A stretch of DNA of 63,832 nucleotides, the filler included, from Octopus bimaculoides (lineage: Eukaryota), in assembly GCF_001194135.2 (NCBI RefSeq). It is 4 parts of 4 records of this genome, joined end to end, with 100 filler letters (N's around TTAATTAATTAA, not from the genome) between each part and the next. Parts side by side here need not be neighbours in the genome. Positions count along the whole stretch, not along the records: positions 1 to 29,478 come from NC_068987.1; positions 29,579 to 61,053 come from NC_068997.1; 2 more parts are not named here. The stretch is one strand, 5' to 3'. Positions 24,426-36,016 of this stretch are shown here, one piece after another (within the stretch, counting starts at the first letter, position 1; every line of letters begins with the position of its first letter). The position numbers and the translations under genes are program-made. The notes under the pieces were generated by a model, which made no database searches, was not told the origin of the DNA, and was given only the letters and a program-made list of their open reading frames with translations.

Positions 24426-25292
24426 CATCATCTATGCAGTGTAAAGAGATGGATCTCATCATCTATACAGTATAAAGAGAGGGATTGCTCAGTGCCTAAA
24501 ACATCGAGCAAAGAATATAAGTAGCGATCATGATACGCACCACAAAGAAATGATCAAGCTCAGTAGCAATCTATTAAGCAACAGCTACCCCAAGAACATA
24601 CTATTTACTCCAATTATGAAGAAATGAAAGGATGAAACCAAAGAACTGTCCACAGTCAGTCTACCCTATGTGAAAGGCCTTTCCGAAAAGATACAAAAGA
24701 AATGCGGCCCATATGACATCAGGACAGTATTCAGGAGTAATACAACACTTCGCAAATATGTCCTTCGAGTAAAACCACCAATAGAAGAGAATATCATGGT
24801 GTTTGGAGAGATCACTAGTGATGGTAAGGTTATGTACTCCATCCCATGCATCTGTGGCAGGTTATGCAAAGGCGAAACATGCCGCCCCTCAAAATAAGGG
24901 TAGAGGAACATCGCAAAGCTGTGACACGAGAAGATATTGATAAATCGGGTATAACTGATCATGTATGGAGAAATGGAGACCACCTCCCCCTGTGGGATAA
25001 AGTTAAAATAATAGACAGAGAACACCATGTGCTAGGACACAACAACCTCCTAAGCAGACCGAGTGCAGATATGAATAGCATATGGGAACAGATATTAATG
25101 AAGGATAGGAAAATATTAGATTTATAAGCCATAAAATTCACTCCATAATTGCCCACGAGTATATGGCGTAGTGTTTAAGCGTGCGGACTACTAACTGGAA
25201 TCGAACTCAGAATCTTGGGGGGAGTAGCCCGCGCTCTTACCCACTACGCCATATGCCCGTAGGCAATTATGGTGTGAATTTTAGGGCTTATA
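24426..25292 (+). mobile_element. Penelope-like element 3' fragment (GIY-YIG endonuclease plus terminal repeat with inverted copy)
   Basis: LPYVKGLSEKIQK...IRTVFRSNTTLRK...YSIPC.CGR..KGETCRP / LKIRVEEHRKAV...KSGITDHVW...LWDKVKIIDRE is the PLE RT-linker to GIY-YIG signature; frameshifted. Confidence 0.88.
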
Positions 25293-26353
25293 GATAGATA
25301 GATATTGAACGCATTCATTACAGTAAACATGTTTACATTGACTACAGAGACAGCGTTGTATTTACTTTCTAGTTCTAAAATGTCTAAATATTGGACAGAT
25401 ATCATTAAGACAATAGATATGTTACCACGCTTGTTTACGTTCCCTCTCTTAACCTGCAGTTTGTACAAGCTGTTATATTATTTAGTGGCTGGTTGTTATT
25501 ACTGCTGTTTAGGTCATTTACAGATTAAATGATGTGTGCTAAGAGTTGTTAGGGGGTGATAGAACAAAAATTATGTGTACATTATTTATAACTCGTATAT
25601 GTATAAACAAACTGCAGGATTTTGCTTCAGCGAACAACTTCTAAGATAAAAATGCAACATGCTCTAAATAACCTCAGTGATCTGCCAGACACCGGTGTTT
25701 TGATGTAATTTGCCTCATGTAAGCAGTAATATTGTAATCTCTGTTAAAAAATGTTGAAAAAATTATTTTCTTTTCAGAATTTTAATTCTTTTTTTCGTGT
25801 AAGGATGTTATGAATTTTTGTTGGTTCACTTTACAATTATTCAGGGTCGATAAAATAAGTGCCTATCGTTTTCAGTGTGATTTCAATGGACTATAATTTA
25901 TCTTTTGCAGTGTTTGTCCTTCTGCCAATATAAAGCAATCATTACATTTAAACGATCCAAGGCTTTCAAGAAAAATATTTTCAGTTAACATAACAGGTAG
26001 ATCAGAAAAGAGAAATATAATCGAAGTAAACGGGCCAAAATGTATCAATAGGTTTAGCTAATCCAGTTTTCCGAAGAAAATAAACGCGAGATTCAATGTT
26101 GCTCAGTATATCATAATAAATGGCTGAAGTTTGCAGTGGAAAATATTTAGGTAAGTAAGGAAGATATATTTATTATTGCTATAAGTAATACTTAATTTGA
26201 AAAATGGAAGGAAGACTGATGGAAAATTAAGTTTGAGGACGAGATTTTCCCGCTGCAAGTTTGGCAGAAGATATCTAATGTGTTTAACGTCAAAAACTGA
26301 AATGTTTTCGACGCTGAAGCCACAGGCGGTTAAATTACACTTCGAATCCATTT

Positions 26354-26416
<63 letters not shown>
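26354..26416. repeat. (CAT)n microsatellite
   Basis: Direct reading; gives the poly-His run in ORF 26197..26508. Confidence 0.97.
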
Positions 26417-26418
<2 letters not shown>

Positions 26419-26682
26419 TCGTTACCACCACCACCACGTTATTTTACATGCTATTCTCTGTCATCTGCTGTTATTATCCCACCCGTTACTTGTTATTCCA
26501 CTTACTGATAATTTTTTTATTTTATTTTTCTATCCGCTTTTGTGTCTCATACAGACAAATCATGAGCAATATGTGCGTGTGTATGCATGTATATAAATGT
26601 ATACAAGTGTGTAATGTGCATGTTCGTGGAGAGGGAGGCAGACCATGTGTGTGTTGTATACACACACACACACACACACACG

Positions 26683-26717
<35 letters not shown>

Positions 26718-26740
26718 GCACGCACACACACACACACACA

Positions 26741-26782
<42 letters not shown>

Positions 26783-26861
26783 TTAAAACACGGGTCTTGA
26801 GCCTGTTTACGATCACTCTGACCGTGAATTCAAATTGTGATTTGATTACTATATACATACA

Positions 26862-26897
<36 letters not shown>

Positions 26898-28302
26898 TAT
26901 ATATAACTTAGAGAAAAGAACCAAAGTTCATGACCTCATCCATGAAGATCCAGTCACATAGAAAAAATTAATAAGTAAATACACTATAAAGAAGCATANN
27001 NNNNNNNNNNNNNNNNNNNNNNNNNNNNNNNNNNNNNNNNNNNNNNNNNNNNNNNNNNNNNNNNNNNNNNNNNNNNNNNNNNAATCGAATCGACTGGTAC
27101 ACAATAGTGTGCAGTCACCGGATGCCTGCCACTGAAAAAATGCAGTACATTGAAGTCATATGATCTGGCAGTTCTGGCGCCCATGCAAGACGATTTTCAT
27201 CTGCTACGATATATATCTGTGCTTCTATGTACCATGCGTTTACATGAGAGGATCTCTCAAAGCGAATGACATAAATACTTGATTAATTTGATTTTTCTTT
27301 TGTACATTACTTGAACTGCGGATGCATACAGTTTACATTGTTTTACATGTCCTCCATGTCGAAAGGCGTGCTCGTCTACAGTTGGATTTTGGTCGTGTGC
27401 AAAAATGCGGAACTTCTGTTTAGATTCTTTTTATGCATTTATCACAAAGGATAACTAATATTTTTGGCTATTTTCCTATGATTCACATTTGGGGAATAAC
27501 AGCAAATTGATACAGTTAACACTGTCTAACAGAAACCAAAATCAAAGACTGATGTGTTGGTATCACTGAATATTTTAACTCTAAACAAGATTGCGTAGCT
27601 GAAATTTTATGATCGCATGTGAGATGCGAAATATGAGAAGAGCGCTTATATGCAACTGCCGAATGTTGCGCTCTGAAAATCGTTCTGTGAGGAGATTCCT
27701 CAATAAAAATGGCAGTTACTAAAGTTACTACAGGGAAAAATCACCTACACACATTTCTACGGATTTTTTTGTGCTTGACAGGGATTTTAATTGACTGCAT
27801 TCCGTACAGTATAACAGTCACAAAGAGCCGAAACTTATACTGTAAAGCATCCCGTCCAACGCCCAAGCAGATCTGGCAATCCACTNNNNNNNNNNNNNNN
27901 NNNNNNNNNNNNNNNNNNNNNNNNNNNNNNNNNNNNNNNNNNNNNNNNNNNNNNNNNNNNNNNNNNNNNNNNNNNNNNNNNNNNNNNNNNNNNNNNNNNN
28001 NNNNNNNGCACATTTATATTTATCATTGTACGTATATATATGTGTATGTGCGGGTATATATACATATTATTATGTGTGTATGTGTGTGTGTTAATTGCCT
28101 GTAAGGACATAATATTTCATTTTGCAACTATAATATACTACCAAGTATATGAAATATTTACAAGTCAATGTTGTCTTACTTTTGTGTAAGCAGGGTGATG
28201 TTCTCACTTCTATGTCTATGAAGTTTATCTCTATAAAGTTTATCTCCCCATATAAACTTAATGGTAATTTAAGCAATGCGTTCGTGGATAGTTGATGGGC
28301 TG

Positions 28303-28354
28303 GAGGTAGTGCTGATGAAAGAGCAAGAACCCTAGAAATATGCATATACACCTC
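28303..28354 (+). ncRNA. Candidate type I hammerhead ribozyme, copy 1
   Basis: CTGATGA (28312-18), stem II AGAG/CCCT with loop CAAGAA, GAAA (28335-38), stem III with palindrome TATGCATA, predicted cleavage after AUA at 28348, stem I GAGGT/ACCTC. Non-canonical A.A pair at the base of stem II. Confidence 0.5.
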
Positions 28355-28703
28355 TTACTTATTCTTCTATCTTCGATCGCATTGTGTACTTAGACGTATT
28401 TGTATGGGAGACGTCATAACTTGCAGTCCTGGCTCTGAAATCAATAGTAAATCTTTAGAGCTAAAATCAAAAGTGAAAATCTCGCCCTGCTATCTCAAAA
28501 ATAAGACACAATATTGACTTGTAAACCTGTAATATATTCGGTGTGTTATGCTACACAACGAAATAGTGTCCTAACTAGCAATTGATATGTACATACCAAT
28601 TGCCAGGAATGCGTTTAATATGTAAAATGGATTATCCAAATGTATTACACTACTAAACTTAGTGGATATTTAAGCAACGCGTTCATGGATAGTTGTTGGG
28701 TTG

Positions 28704-28757
28704 AATGTAGTGCTGATGAAACAGCAATAACTCTAGAAATATGCATATACAAACATT
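28704..28757 (+). ncRNA. Candidate type I hammerhead ribozyme, copy 2
   Basis: CTGATGA (28713-19), stem II ACAG/CTCT, GAAA (28736-39), TATGCATAT-A (28749), stem I AATGT/ACATT. Confidence 0.5.
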
Positions 28758-29189
28758 ACCTATTTTTCCTATCTTCGATCGCATTGCTTACGCAGATGTA
28801 TTTGTATACAAAACGTCATAACTTGCACTGCTAGCTCTATGGAAAATCTATAGCGATAAACTTAAAAGTTATATATTCATAATCCACACACACATTTATA
28901 ACATATATGCACACACACATATGTATGTATGTATGTATGTGTGAGAATATTTGTATGTATGTGTGTGTATATGTATATGTATATGTGTGTGTGTATATAT
29001 GTATTTATGTGTATATATATATATATATGTATATGTGTGTATATATGTACATAACGTGTGTGTATGTATATATACATATATATTTACACCATACCATATG
29101 TGAGAACTGAAGTGACCTGAAATCAGTAGGCACCCCACTGGTCATCTTTTGACAAGTCACAACAATAATGACCACTCCAAAAATACACC

Positions 29190-29400
29190 TTTTCTATTCT
29201 AGGTACAAGACGCGAAACTTTTGGGGAGGGAGCACTCGCTTAGATCGTACTCAGTTCGCAACTGGTACTCAATTTACCGACTCCGAAAGGATGAAAGGCA
29301 AAGTCGACCTCAGTGGAATTTGAACTCAGAACATAAGACAGATGAAATACCGCTAAGTATTTCACCCGGGGCGCTAACGTTTCTGCCATCTCACCGCCTT
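29190..29400 (-). mobile_element. SINE, full length
   Basis: Reverse complement begins AAGGCGGTGAGATGGCAGAAACGTTAGCGCCCCGG and contains GTTCTGAGTTCAAATTCC and GTCGACTTTGCCTTTCATCCTTTCGGAGTCGGTAAA. Confidence 0.88.
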
Positions 29401-29799
29401 TACTCCAAAATATTCCATTGATGTACTTAACTCTCCTTCCCCCTCTGTTCTCAATTACTATTATTCTTATCTTTATTTNNNNNNNNNNNNNNNNNNNNNN
29501 NNNNNNNNNNNNNNNNNNNNNNTTAATTAATTAANNNNNNNNNNNNNNNNNNNNNNNNNNNNNNNNNNNNNNNNNNNNATATATATATACGCACACATAT
29601 GTATGTGCATGTATACATATAATTGTGTGTGAGTGTATGTGCGTATATGCATAATATGAAGAAATAATTACATGTGTATACAATTAAATGATAAACAACT
29701 CATTTAAAATGTTTACCTCACCAACTTGGATTCGATCCTACCGCCATTATGTCTACGATAAGGTCTAGGACTGTGTTCACAAGGGTCTAAATTCTACTG

Positions 29800-30272
29800 C
29801 CTTTGTGCCCTTCTGTCCTGGTGGAGGTTTTCACAAATATATTTCATATTTTCCGGTGTGCCACCGATAGCTTTGAATATCTTGAAACGCTTCGAGCTCT
29901 CAAGCGACAAATAATGGTCGTCAGAAGAATATAGAAGCATTTCGAAGGTTTTTGTTGAAAATTTGCTGAGATTCATGCAAAATTGGTACAGGCAAATTGC
30001 CGAAATTAATCAGTCATTGTAAGCATTGCAGAGCCGAACTCTGAACTAAGACCACGATAAAGAAACCTCGCCGATTATTTAAGCCTGTGCTGCAAGAAAA
30101 CCATTTCTTGACTGACTCAGAAGACTCACTGCCAATTAGCATCTGTGGTGCACGCATTTCAACCGCATAGAAAGACAAAGAGTAAAGTCGGCCAAGATGG
30201 AGTTTAAACTTGAGATACAAACTAAAGACCTAAAAAACGAAATACCACAACGTTTCTTGATCGCCGCCGTTA
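29800..30272 (-). mobile_element. Highly degraded mariner 5' end
   Basis: Translation MNLSKFSTKTFEML...KRFKIFK resembles the mariner N-terminal HTH seen at 32298-32480. AACGTTTCTTGATCGCCGCCGTTA near 30250-30272 looks like a decayed TIR. Confidence 0.45.
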
Positions 30273-32204
30273 AATGTAAGTAAAAGTGATTTCTCACAAT
30301 CACGGCCAGCCTTTTCTTGTGCGGGATTGGGTTATGATTGAATAAAATAATTCCAGTTTCTGAGTGGTAGAAATATTATTGATCCCGTGAGGATGAAAGA
30401 TACGGATGACTGCAAAGGAATTCGGACCTTTGTCAAATGGGGAACTCGAGAAAACAAGTGAAACACATTCACTAAACAGTAAACAGTTGAGTAAATAAAG
30501 TCACAAACTTTTGACCTTCGTCAGAAAGTGAAGAAAAGGGAGAAAATGATGTTTGCCTTCAAACCACATGTTCTTCCATTCCAAAACATCAAAAGTGAAA
30601 TGAAAATTAGCCATTGCCTAATATTGTTGTTCTTCATCTTTTTCTCGCCACGTAAACTATTTATATCAAGTGACTCTGTAATGCCGCCTCTGCACTAAAT
30701 ATGTTAAGTCTAAAGTCTTTAGTTCGGTTTAACCTTTCACTTTCTGCTGATCAACAACAGCCACCAATTCTGTATCAAAATAGCAGACACTGCACTCAGA
30801 AACACGGCACCAGCATTTTTTTGTCTTTCGACAGAAGTATTTTATAATTCTGCACCTTACACACTGCGGAATTACTTTGACAACTGAAAAACGTTGGAAC
30901 CAGCTAAGGTGAATTGGTTTTGTTTTGTTTTAGGTGGGCAATTTGATTTTCAATGTTTTTTCTTGGCAAGTTTACCATAAAGTGAAAACTACATATTACA
31001 TTTCTTTGATGTTTACGCTAGGAATAAAGTTATTTAAATCTATTGTTAAAGCTTAAAATAGAAATAAAGGTATTGAATGTTAAATACATTTTGGGTTGAT
31101 TGTTTTTTAGTAATGTTTACAGTTCGATTTTATTATAATAAAATCATTTGTTTCGTTAGCTGTTAGCAATCAATTCCATGAAAGGACAGCGAGCAAATTC
31201 TAACACTATGGCAAAACAGAAAATATTAAAACACTACAATTCGTTTAATAGAAAATAAAATACAATTGGAAGAAAACATTAAAATTTGTTTCGAAAACAT
31301 GAAGATTCCTCAACAAATTATGTCACAAGGCTTACAACTGAGAAGAACTGAAAATCCATTGTAAATCATGTGACACGGAACAAATGAAATTGCTCAGTTT
31401 CTAAACGAATTTTAATGTTATAATATTAGGTCTTTTATTTATTTTCATTTGATAACATTCTCTGTAAACAGTAAACACAACGAATTAACTGTGCAATAAA
31501 GTTTCACCAAGCTTCAAATAGATTAATTAAAACTTGTGAGTTGTCGCCCCTTTGCCTTCTCCAAACTTGATTAACATTAGTCATTGAACCTCTATTTTCA
31601 TCTTCTCGTTGCAAAGTGTAATTTAATTTGTCAACCTTTATTCGATCACGATAACTGTGTTGACTTTCACTCCACTGTTAGATGCCCATGAGAATATCAC
31701 CCAAAGTTAATTCCTCCCTCTCGTTACAAACAAATACCCTGCGTAGACACAGTTCATGTGATACCCGTCGCTCTACTCATGTTGTTCTTCTTCTTGATTA
31801 ATCTTGTGACCATCTTTCATTGATCGCACCTATAACCTCGTATCAAGCACATTATCCAATGTGTTATTCCAGCTTGAACATGCTCGTGGAGCGTTCAACA
31901 TGGTAATTACTAATACATCTTTATTCTTTTACTCTTTTACTTGTTTCAGTCATTAGACTGCGGCCATGCTGGTGCAACGCCTTGAAGAATGAATCCACCC
32001 CAGTAGTATTCAAAATTTGAATGAAACAATGAAGGCTCCGCTAATAAAAATCGATTAATTGAAATTTTGAAAAATATATAAAATTCAGTGTCGGAGTAGA
32101 TGATGGCTTTAAACCAACTATTGGAATTTATGGTCAAGTTTCGGTCTTATTTGACCTCTTCAGCTAAGTGCATTTTGTTTTCTACGTTCCTTCTATTTCA
32201 GTAT

Positions 32205-32649
32205 ATACCGTAGTCTTGTCGTCAATTGTCCTCCGACTTTCCCCATGCACAAGATGATGAATTTTCTCTATATTTCCAGGGTGACAAGTCTTCCAGATCA
32301 CTCATCGTCTTGCAGGAATGTTCTTCCGCTGTTGAATCGTCCGTTCCACTCAAAACATTGCGCACAACCCATTGCCTCGTCGCCGTAATCTTGCCGAGGC
32401 ATGTTCAATGCCTGTGTAGCAGACGTCCCAAGTTTAACCCAAAATTTCCCGATGGCTATTTGTTCCAGCTTCCTGTCCATCAGAAAACTGCAGACAACAG
32501 CAAAAACGTGAGCACAAAGTCACAAATATCAAAACTTGCGAAGTAAACGCAGCGATGTCACTGTTAACTCTGACTTAGCATGCAACCATGTGCTGCCATC
32601 TGTTGGCACGCTACAGAACTAGTCCAGGAACTTTTTTTATACCACTTCG
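32205..32649 (-). mobile_element. mariner 5' fragment (TIR plus N-terminal HTH)
   Basis: TIR (reverse complement) CGAAGTGGTATAAAAAAAAGTTCCTGGACTAG next to TA. Translation EQIAIGKFWVKLGTSATQ...YGDEAMGCAQCFEW..RFNSGRTFLQDDE. Confidence 0.88.
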
Positions 32650-34125
32650 TATATATATATATATATATATATAATTTGTTTTTTACTTTTTTCAATAATT
32701 TGACTGCGACCATGCTGAAGCTTCGCCTAAATAATTATGTTATATTATGTATATATATGTGTGTGTGTGTGTGTATATATAGATATATATCTTACGTGTA
32801 TACACACACATGCATATATGTAAGTGTATATACATAATTTTTACGAACTGTATTCCTAATCGTGCGTGCTTCCATTAATTTTATGTAGTTGTTAACACGT
32901 GAAACATAATTCTTCTCTCTTCTCTATTACATATTTATTACAACCTGTTCACTCTTTGAGCAAACCCGTCCAGGGTTTTTACTAGTTTATGTTTTTATAA
33001 GTAAATATTTATATATCGAGTGAAATATTAATGTTTCCTCTAAATGTTTGCGTTAACAATGACGAATGGGTTGTACTATGTACACACATTAATATTTCCT
33101 CTTCTTGAAAATGTTTCTTAAAGCATTTGTTGCTTTATTTCATATTTGAAGGAAGAGAAAACTAATGTAGGCAAGAGTCCTGGATGTTGTGCGGTGAATA
33201 TGAAGAAATATAGCATTTACTGTTTTATAATATATCGCTATGATAATCCATCGGAATGATAATACATCTTAGTAATTAAACTGTCATTGATTTACTTAAT
33301 ATCATTAATTTAAATGTTTTACTAGTTTCTAACGAGTTTAGACTTGTAAACCAGATGAAAATTTGGAATTTTAATTCATCTTCTTGTCATGTATCTGTTG
33401 TATTTCAGTGATTTGTAAAGTATCTTGTTGCTGTTTAGAAATAGAAAACATATAAACATGAACATTGTTCGACTGATTGAGTAACCACTGAATCACAACT
33501 CTGTATCGTGTTTCACAGAGGTTCTCTTAACGGTACATAAGAACTCTGCTCGAAGTAAAAACAGCCAAGCAGCTTTTCTCTTTCGCCATCCATTCCTCGC
33601 CATCAATATGTGTGTGTGTGTGTGTGTGTGTGATAAACATTTTCCCATCACATTACCATTGATATTTCAGCTAACATCAACCTAGTGGGAAATGAAATGA
33701 AGGCCAAGGACAGCAAGGGGTACAAGTGCGTGTGACAACGAAAGACATATACTTTTAAAACTAATAAAACAGAATCTAAGAGAACAGGTGAGGCTCTGTG
33801 TCGATAAGACTTTTACGTTGGTGAGAAAGTAACAGGAAGTATCAAAAATCGTACAGCGAAATTGCCGTTGGAGCTGCGATATCCAATAACCGTCACATTA
33901 TCTATCTTTAGAGTAAAGATAAAGAAAATGAAATAAAAGAAATACAGCAGAGTCTTACATCTTCCAAGCTTGCGAAACTGACTGCAGCTGATGAGGAATG
34001 CAAGACAACGTAGCTTCATACGTGGACAAGAAGTAACAGGAGAGAAAAACTTGGTGAAAGGGGGAAGAAGGAAAAGAAATCTTTTAATGGCTGACAACAA
34101 TTTCCTTCATTCACTAAACTTAAAT

Positions 34126-34560
34126 ACAAGGTGTATTTCTGAAGATTGCAGACATTTTCAGGAAGAATTTTTATCAATTTCTAAGAAGTACAAAACTCTC
34201 CCTTTAAAGTACAATCCTCTGACTTCAATGAACTTGAACACACCAGCCACTCCATGAAGGCTCCATGGAAGTCCCCCGAAGTGATGATGTCCAAGATCCT
34301 TGTCACAGACTCTTTCATTTCCCGAACGGATGCCTCTGACGTTCTCCTTCAATTTGGGAGACAACCACAAGTTACAGGCAGCAAGGTCTGGGCTGTAGGA
34401 AGGATGAGGGACAGTTTTGATGCCTATGTCTGTCAAGTATTTGGTTACCAGGATGCTTGGGCACTCTGGGAACAAACATTGTAGAAATTGTGCACATGTT
34501 CGAACCTTCATGAATAATTCGGTGTACAGTTGCCACACCAACTCCAGCATGACCAGAATT
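34126..34560 (-). mobile_element. mariner 3' fragment
   Basis: LVTKYLTDIGIKTVPHPSYSPDLAACNLWLSPKLKE is a decayed HPPYSPDLAPCDF motif; TIR-like TACAAGGTGTATTTCTG at 34125. Confidence 0.85.
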
Positions 34561-35049
34561 TGCGGTATTTTGTTGTCAGTGATTGGTTAAACATCAAATT
34601 CCACGTAACATTCACCAGTTCCTTAATTAAAATATTGAAGTATTCACTTCACTGCCTTTTTTCTGTGGCAATTATTCATTCCTAAATTATAGTTCATATG
34701 TTTGGGGGTGTAATTTGGATACATTAATTTCTTTCTCTTTATTACATCATTTGTGTTAATAACCACCTCTATCACTGAATAATGGTCAAACAAAAAAATG
34801 GCAACTCGAAAAGAAGAGCACGTTATACAAAAGGACATGATATGTTATTTTTAGCGCTGAATACTTATGGAAGAACATAATACTTATGGAAGAACATAAT
34901 ACTTTGTATGAATGAATATAATGCTGATACTACTGAAGAGTTATGGGCTTTTTTATGAAAGATACATTTCGGTTTTATAGTTTAGAAACATACCAAAATT
35001 ATGTAATAGGGAAGCTTTGGAAAAGTCAAACCACTGCCTATAAAGGCAT

Positions 35050-35575
35050 CCATCAAAGAGGGACCACTTTAATTCTCCTTCAATGTCACCGTTTCTTTTT
35101 AATGGCTTTTTAATCCTTTAGCAGAATTCCTCAACATTGTTAGTCCACGCAGCCGTAATGCAGTCAATAAAACTACGAGAATGATTAACTGTAAGATATT
35201 GATAATTAAGTGCAACCAATCCATTATAGGCACACCATTCATCCGTAACCACTTTGGCTCAGAGAGCAACCCATTTCTCAACAATTGGTTTTAATGTTGC
35301 TATACATTTACATGTCAGGTAATCCTTTTTATTGTTATCATACATTCCAAACACCTAAAACTGTTGAACAACTCGACCTTGGTGATTTTTCTGCTTGAAC
35401 ATTAGAGATTCATCCAGCTGCACTTTGCCGCCATTTTCACCAAACTTATCATCAACGTGAAGTAATTTCCATGATGTTATGTCTCTGAAATATTGATTCC
35501 ATTGTAATGCAGTTAGGCAACTCACTCCATAAAGTCCTTCAATAAGGTCATTGGGGTTTCTGTGATCCATAAAAA
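35050..35575 (-). mobile_element. Merlin/ISXO2 (IS1595-like) DDE transposase remnant
   Basis: GGKVQLDESLMFKQKNHQGR (35355-35570 frame), then VVTDEWCAYNGL...YLTVNHSRSFID.ITAAWTNNVEEF: the D-D-E motifs of DDE_Tnp_IS1595/Merlin. In-frame stops present. Confidence 0.85.
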
Positions 35576-36016
35576 AGAAACATGAATAGCCTTATTTCAG
35601 AAATGGTAATGTTACTGAAGTAGTAAGTCACGAAAGTATTGAATATTGACCGAGTCAGGCCGTGGCTAATGTATTCACTAATCGCACCACTATGTCCGTT
35701 CAAAAGTATTCGTCAGTAAGAATGTTGGACGCTAATGGAGAGAACGTATTCATTCATATTATTCATTGGAATCAGTTCTTAAAATGTTTGAATAAAAGAT
35801 AAGGATCGTATTTGATCGCAGGGCTGTTCAGTGAGAGCTAACGTAGAACTAATAACGCGCCAATACAGTCCCAATATATGGTTGACTGGTATGCTAGAAA
35901 TATAAATTAAACCCCACCCTACTCTCTTAAATAAGGGAGGAACAAGAGTGGGTAATGTCGTAGATGATACAAAAAAAATAGACAGAAGAGTTGTGGTTGG
36001 AATGGTTTTGATGATA

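Larger units (their letters stand above)
28253..28870 (+). repeat. Two ~220-bp direct repeats with period 401 bp
   Basis: About 28253-28480 aligns with about 28652-28870 (TAAGCAA.GCGTTC.TGGATAGTTG, CTAGAAATATGCATATAC, CTATCTTCGATCGCATTG, ACGTCATAACTTGCA). Confidence 0.92.

Noticed and set aside
25195-25258. Possible tRNA gene
   Set aside because: The A/B boxes are present, but the acceptor stem is incomplete and the sequence is part of a duplicated, inverted TE terminus.
29523-29534. TTAATTAATTAA islands between N runs (also 61098-61109 and 62517-62528)
   Set aside because: An identical 12-mer centred in ~100-nt gaps that gives stops in all six frames: an artificial scaffolding linker, not biology.
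30197-30275. Apparent first coding exon GCCAAG-ATG MEFKLEIQTKDLKNEIPQRFLIAAVK with GTAAGT donor
   Set aside because: It overlaps what looks like the decayed TIR and 5' region of a minus-strand mariner relic. The peptide is unrecognised and I found no matching downstream exon. RNA-seq junctions from 30275 would reopen it.
33985-34030. CTGATGAGG hammerhead-like start
   Set aside because: No stem II closure or GAAA at a suitable distance.
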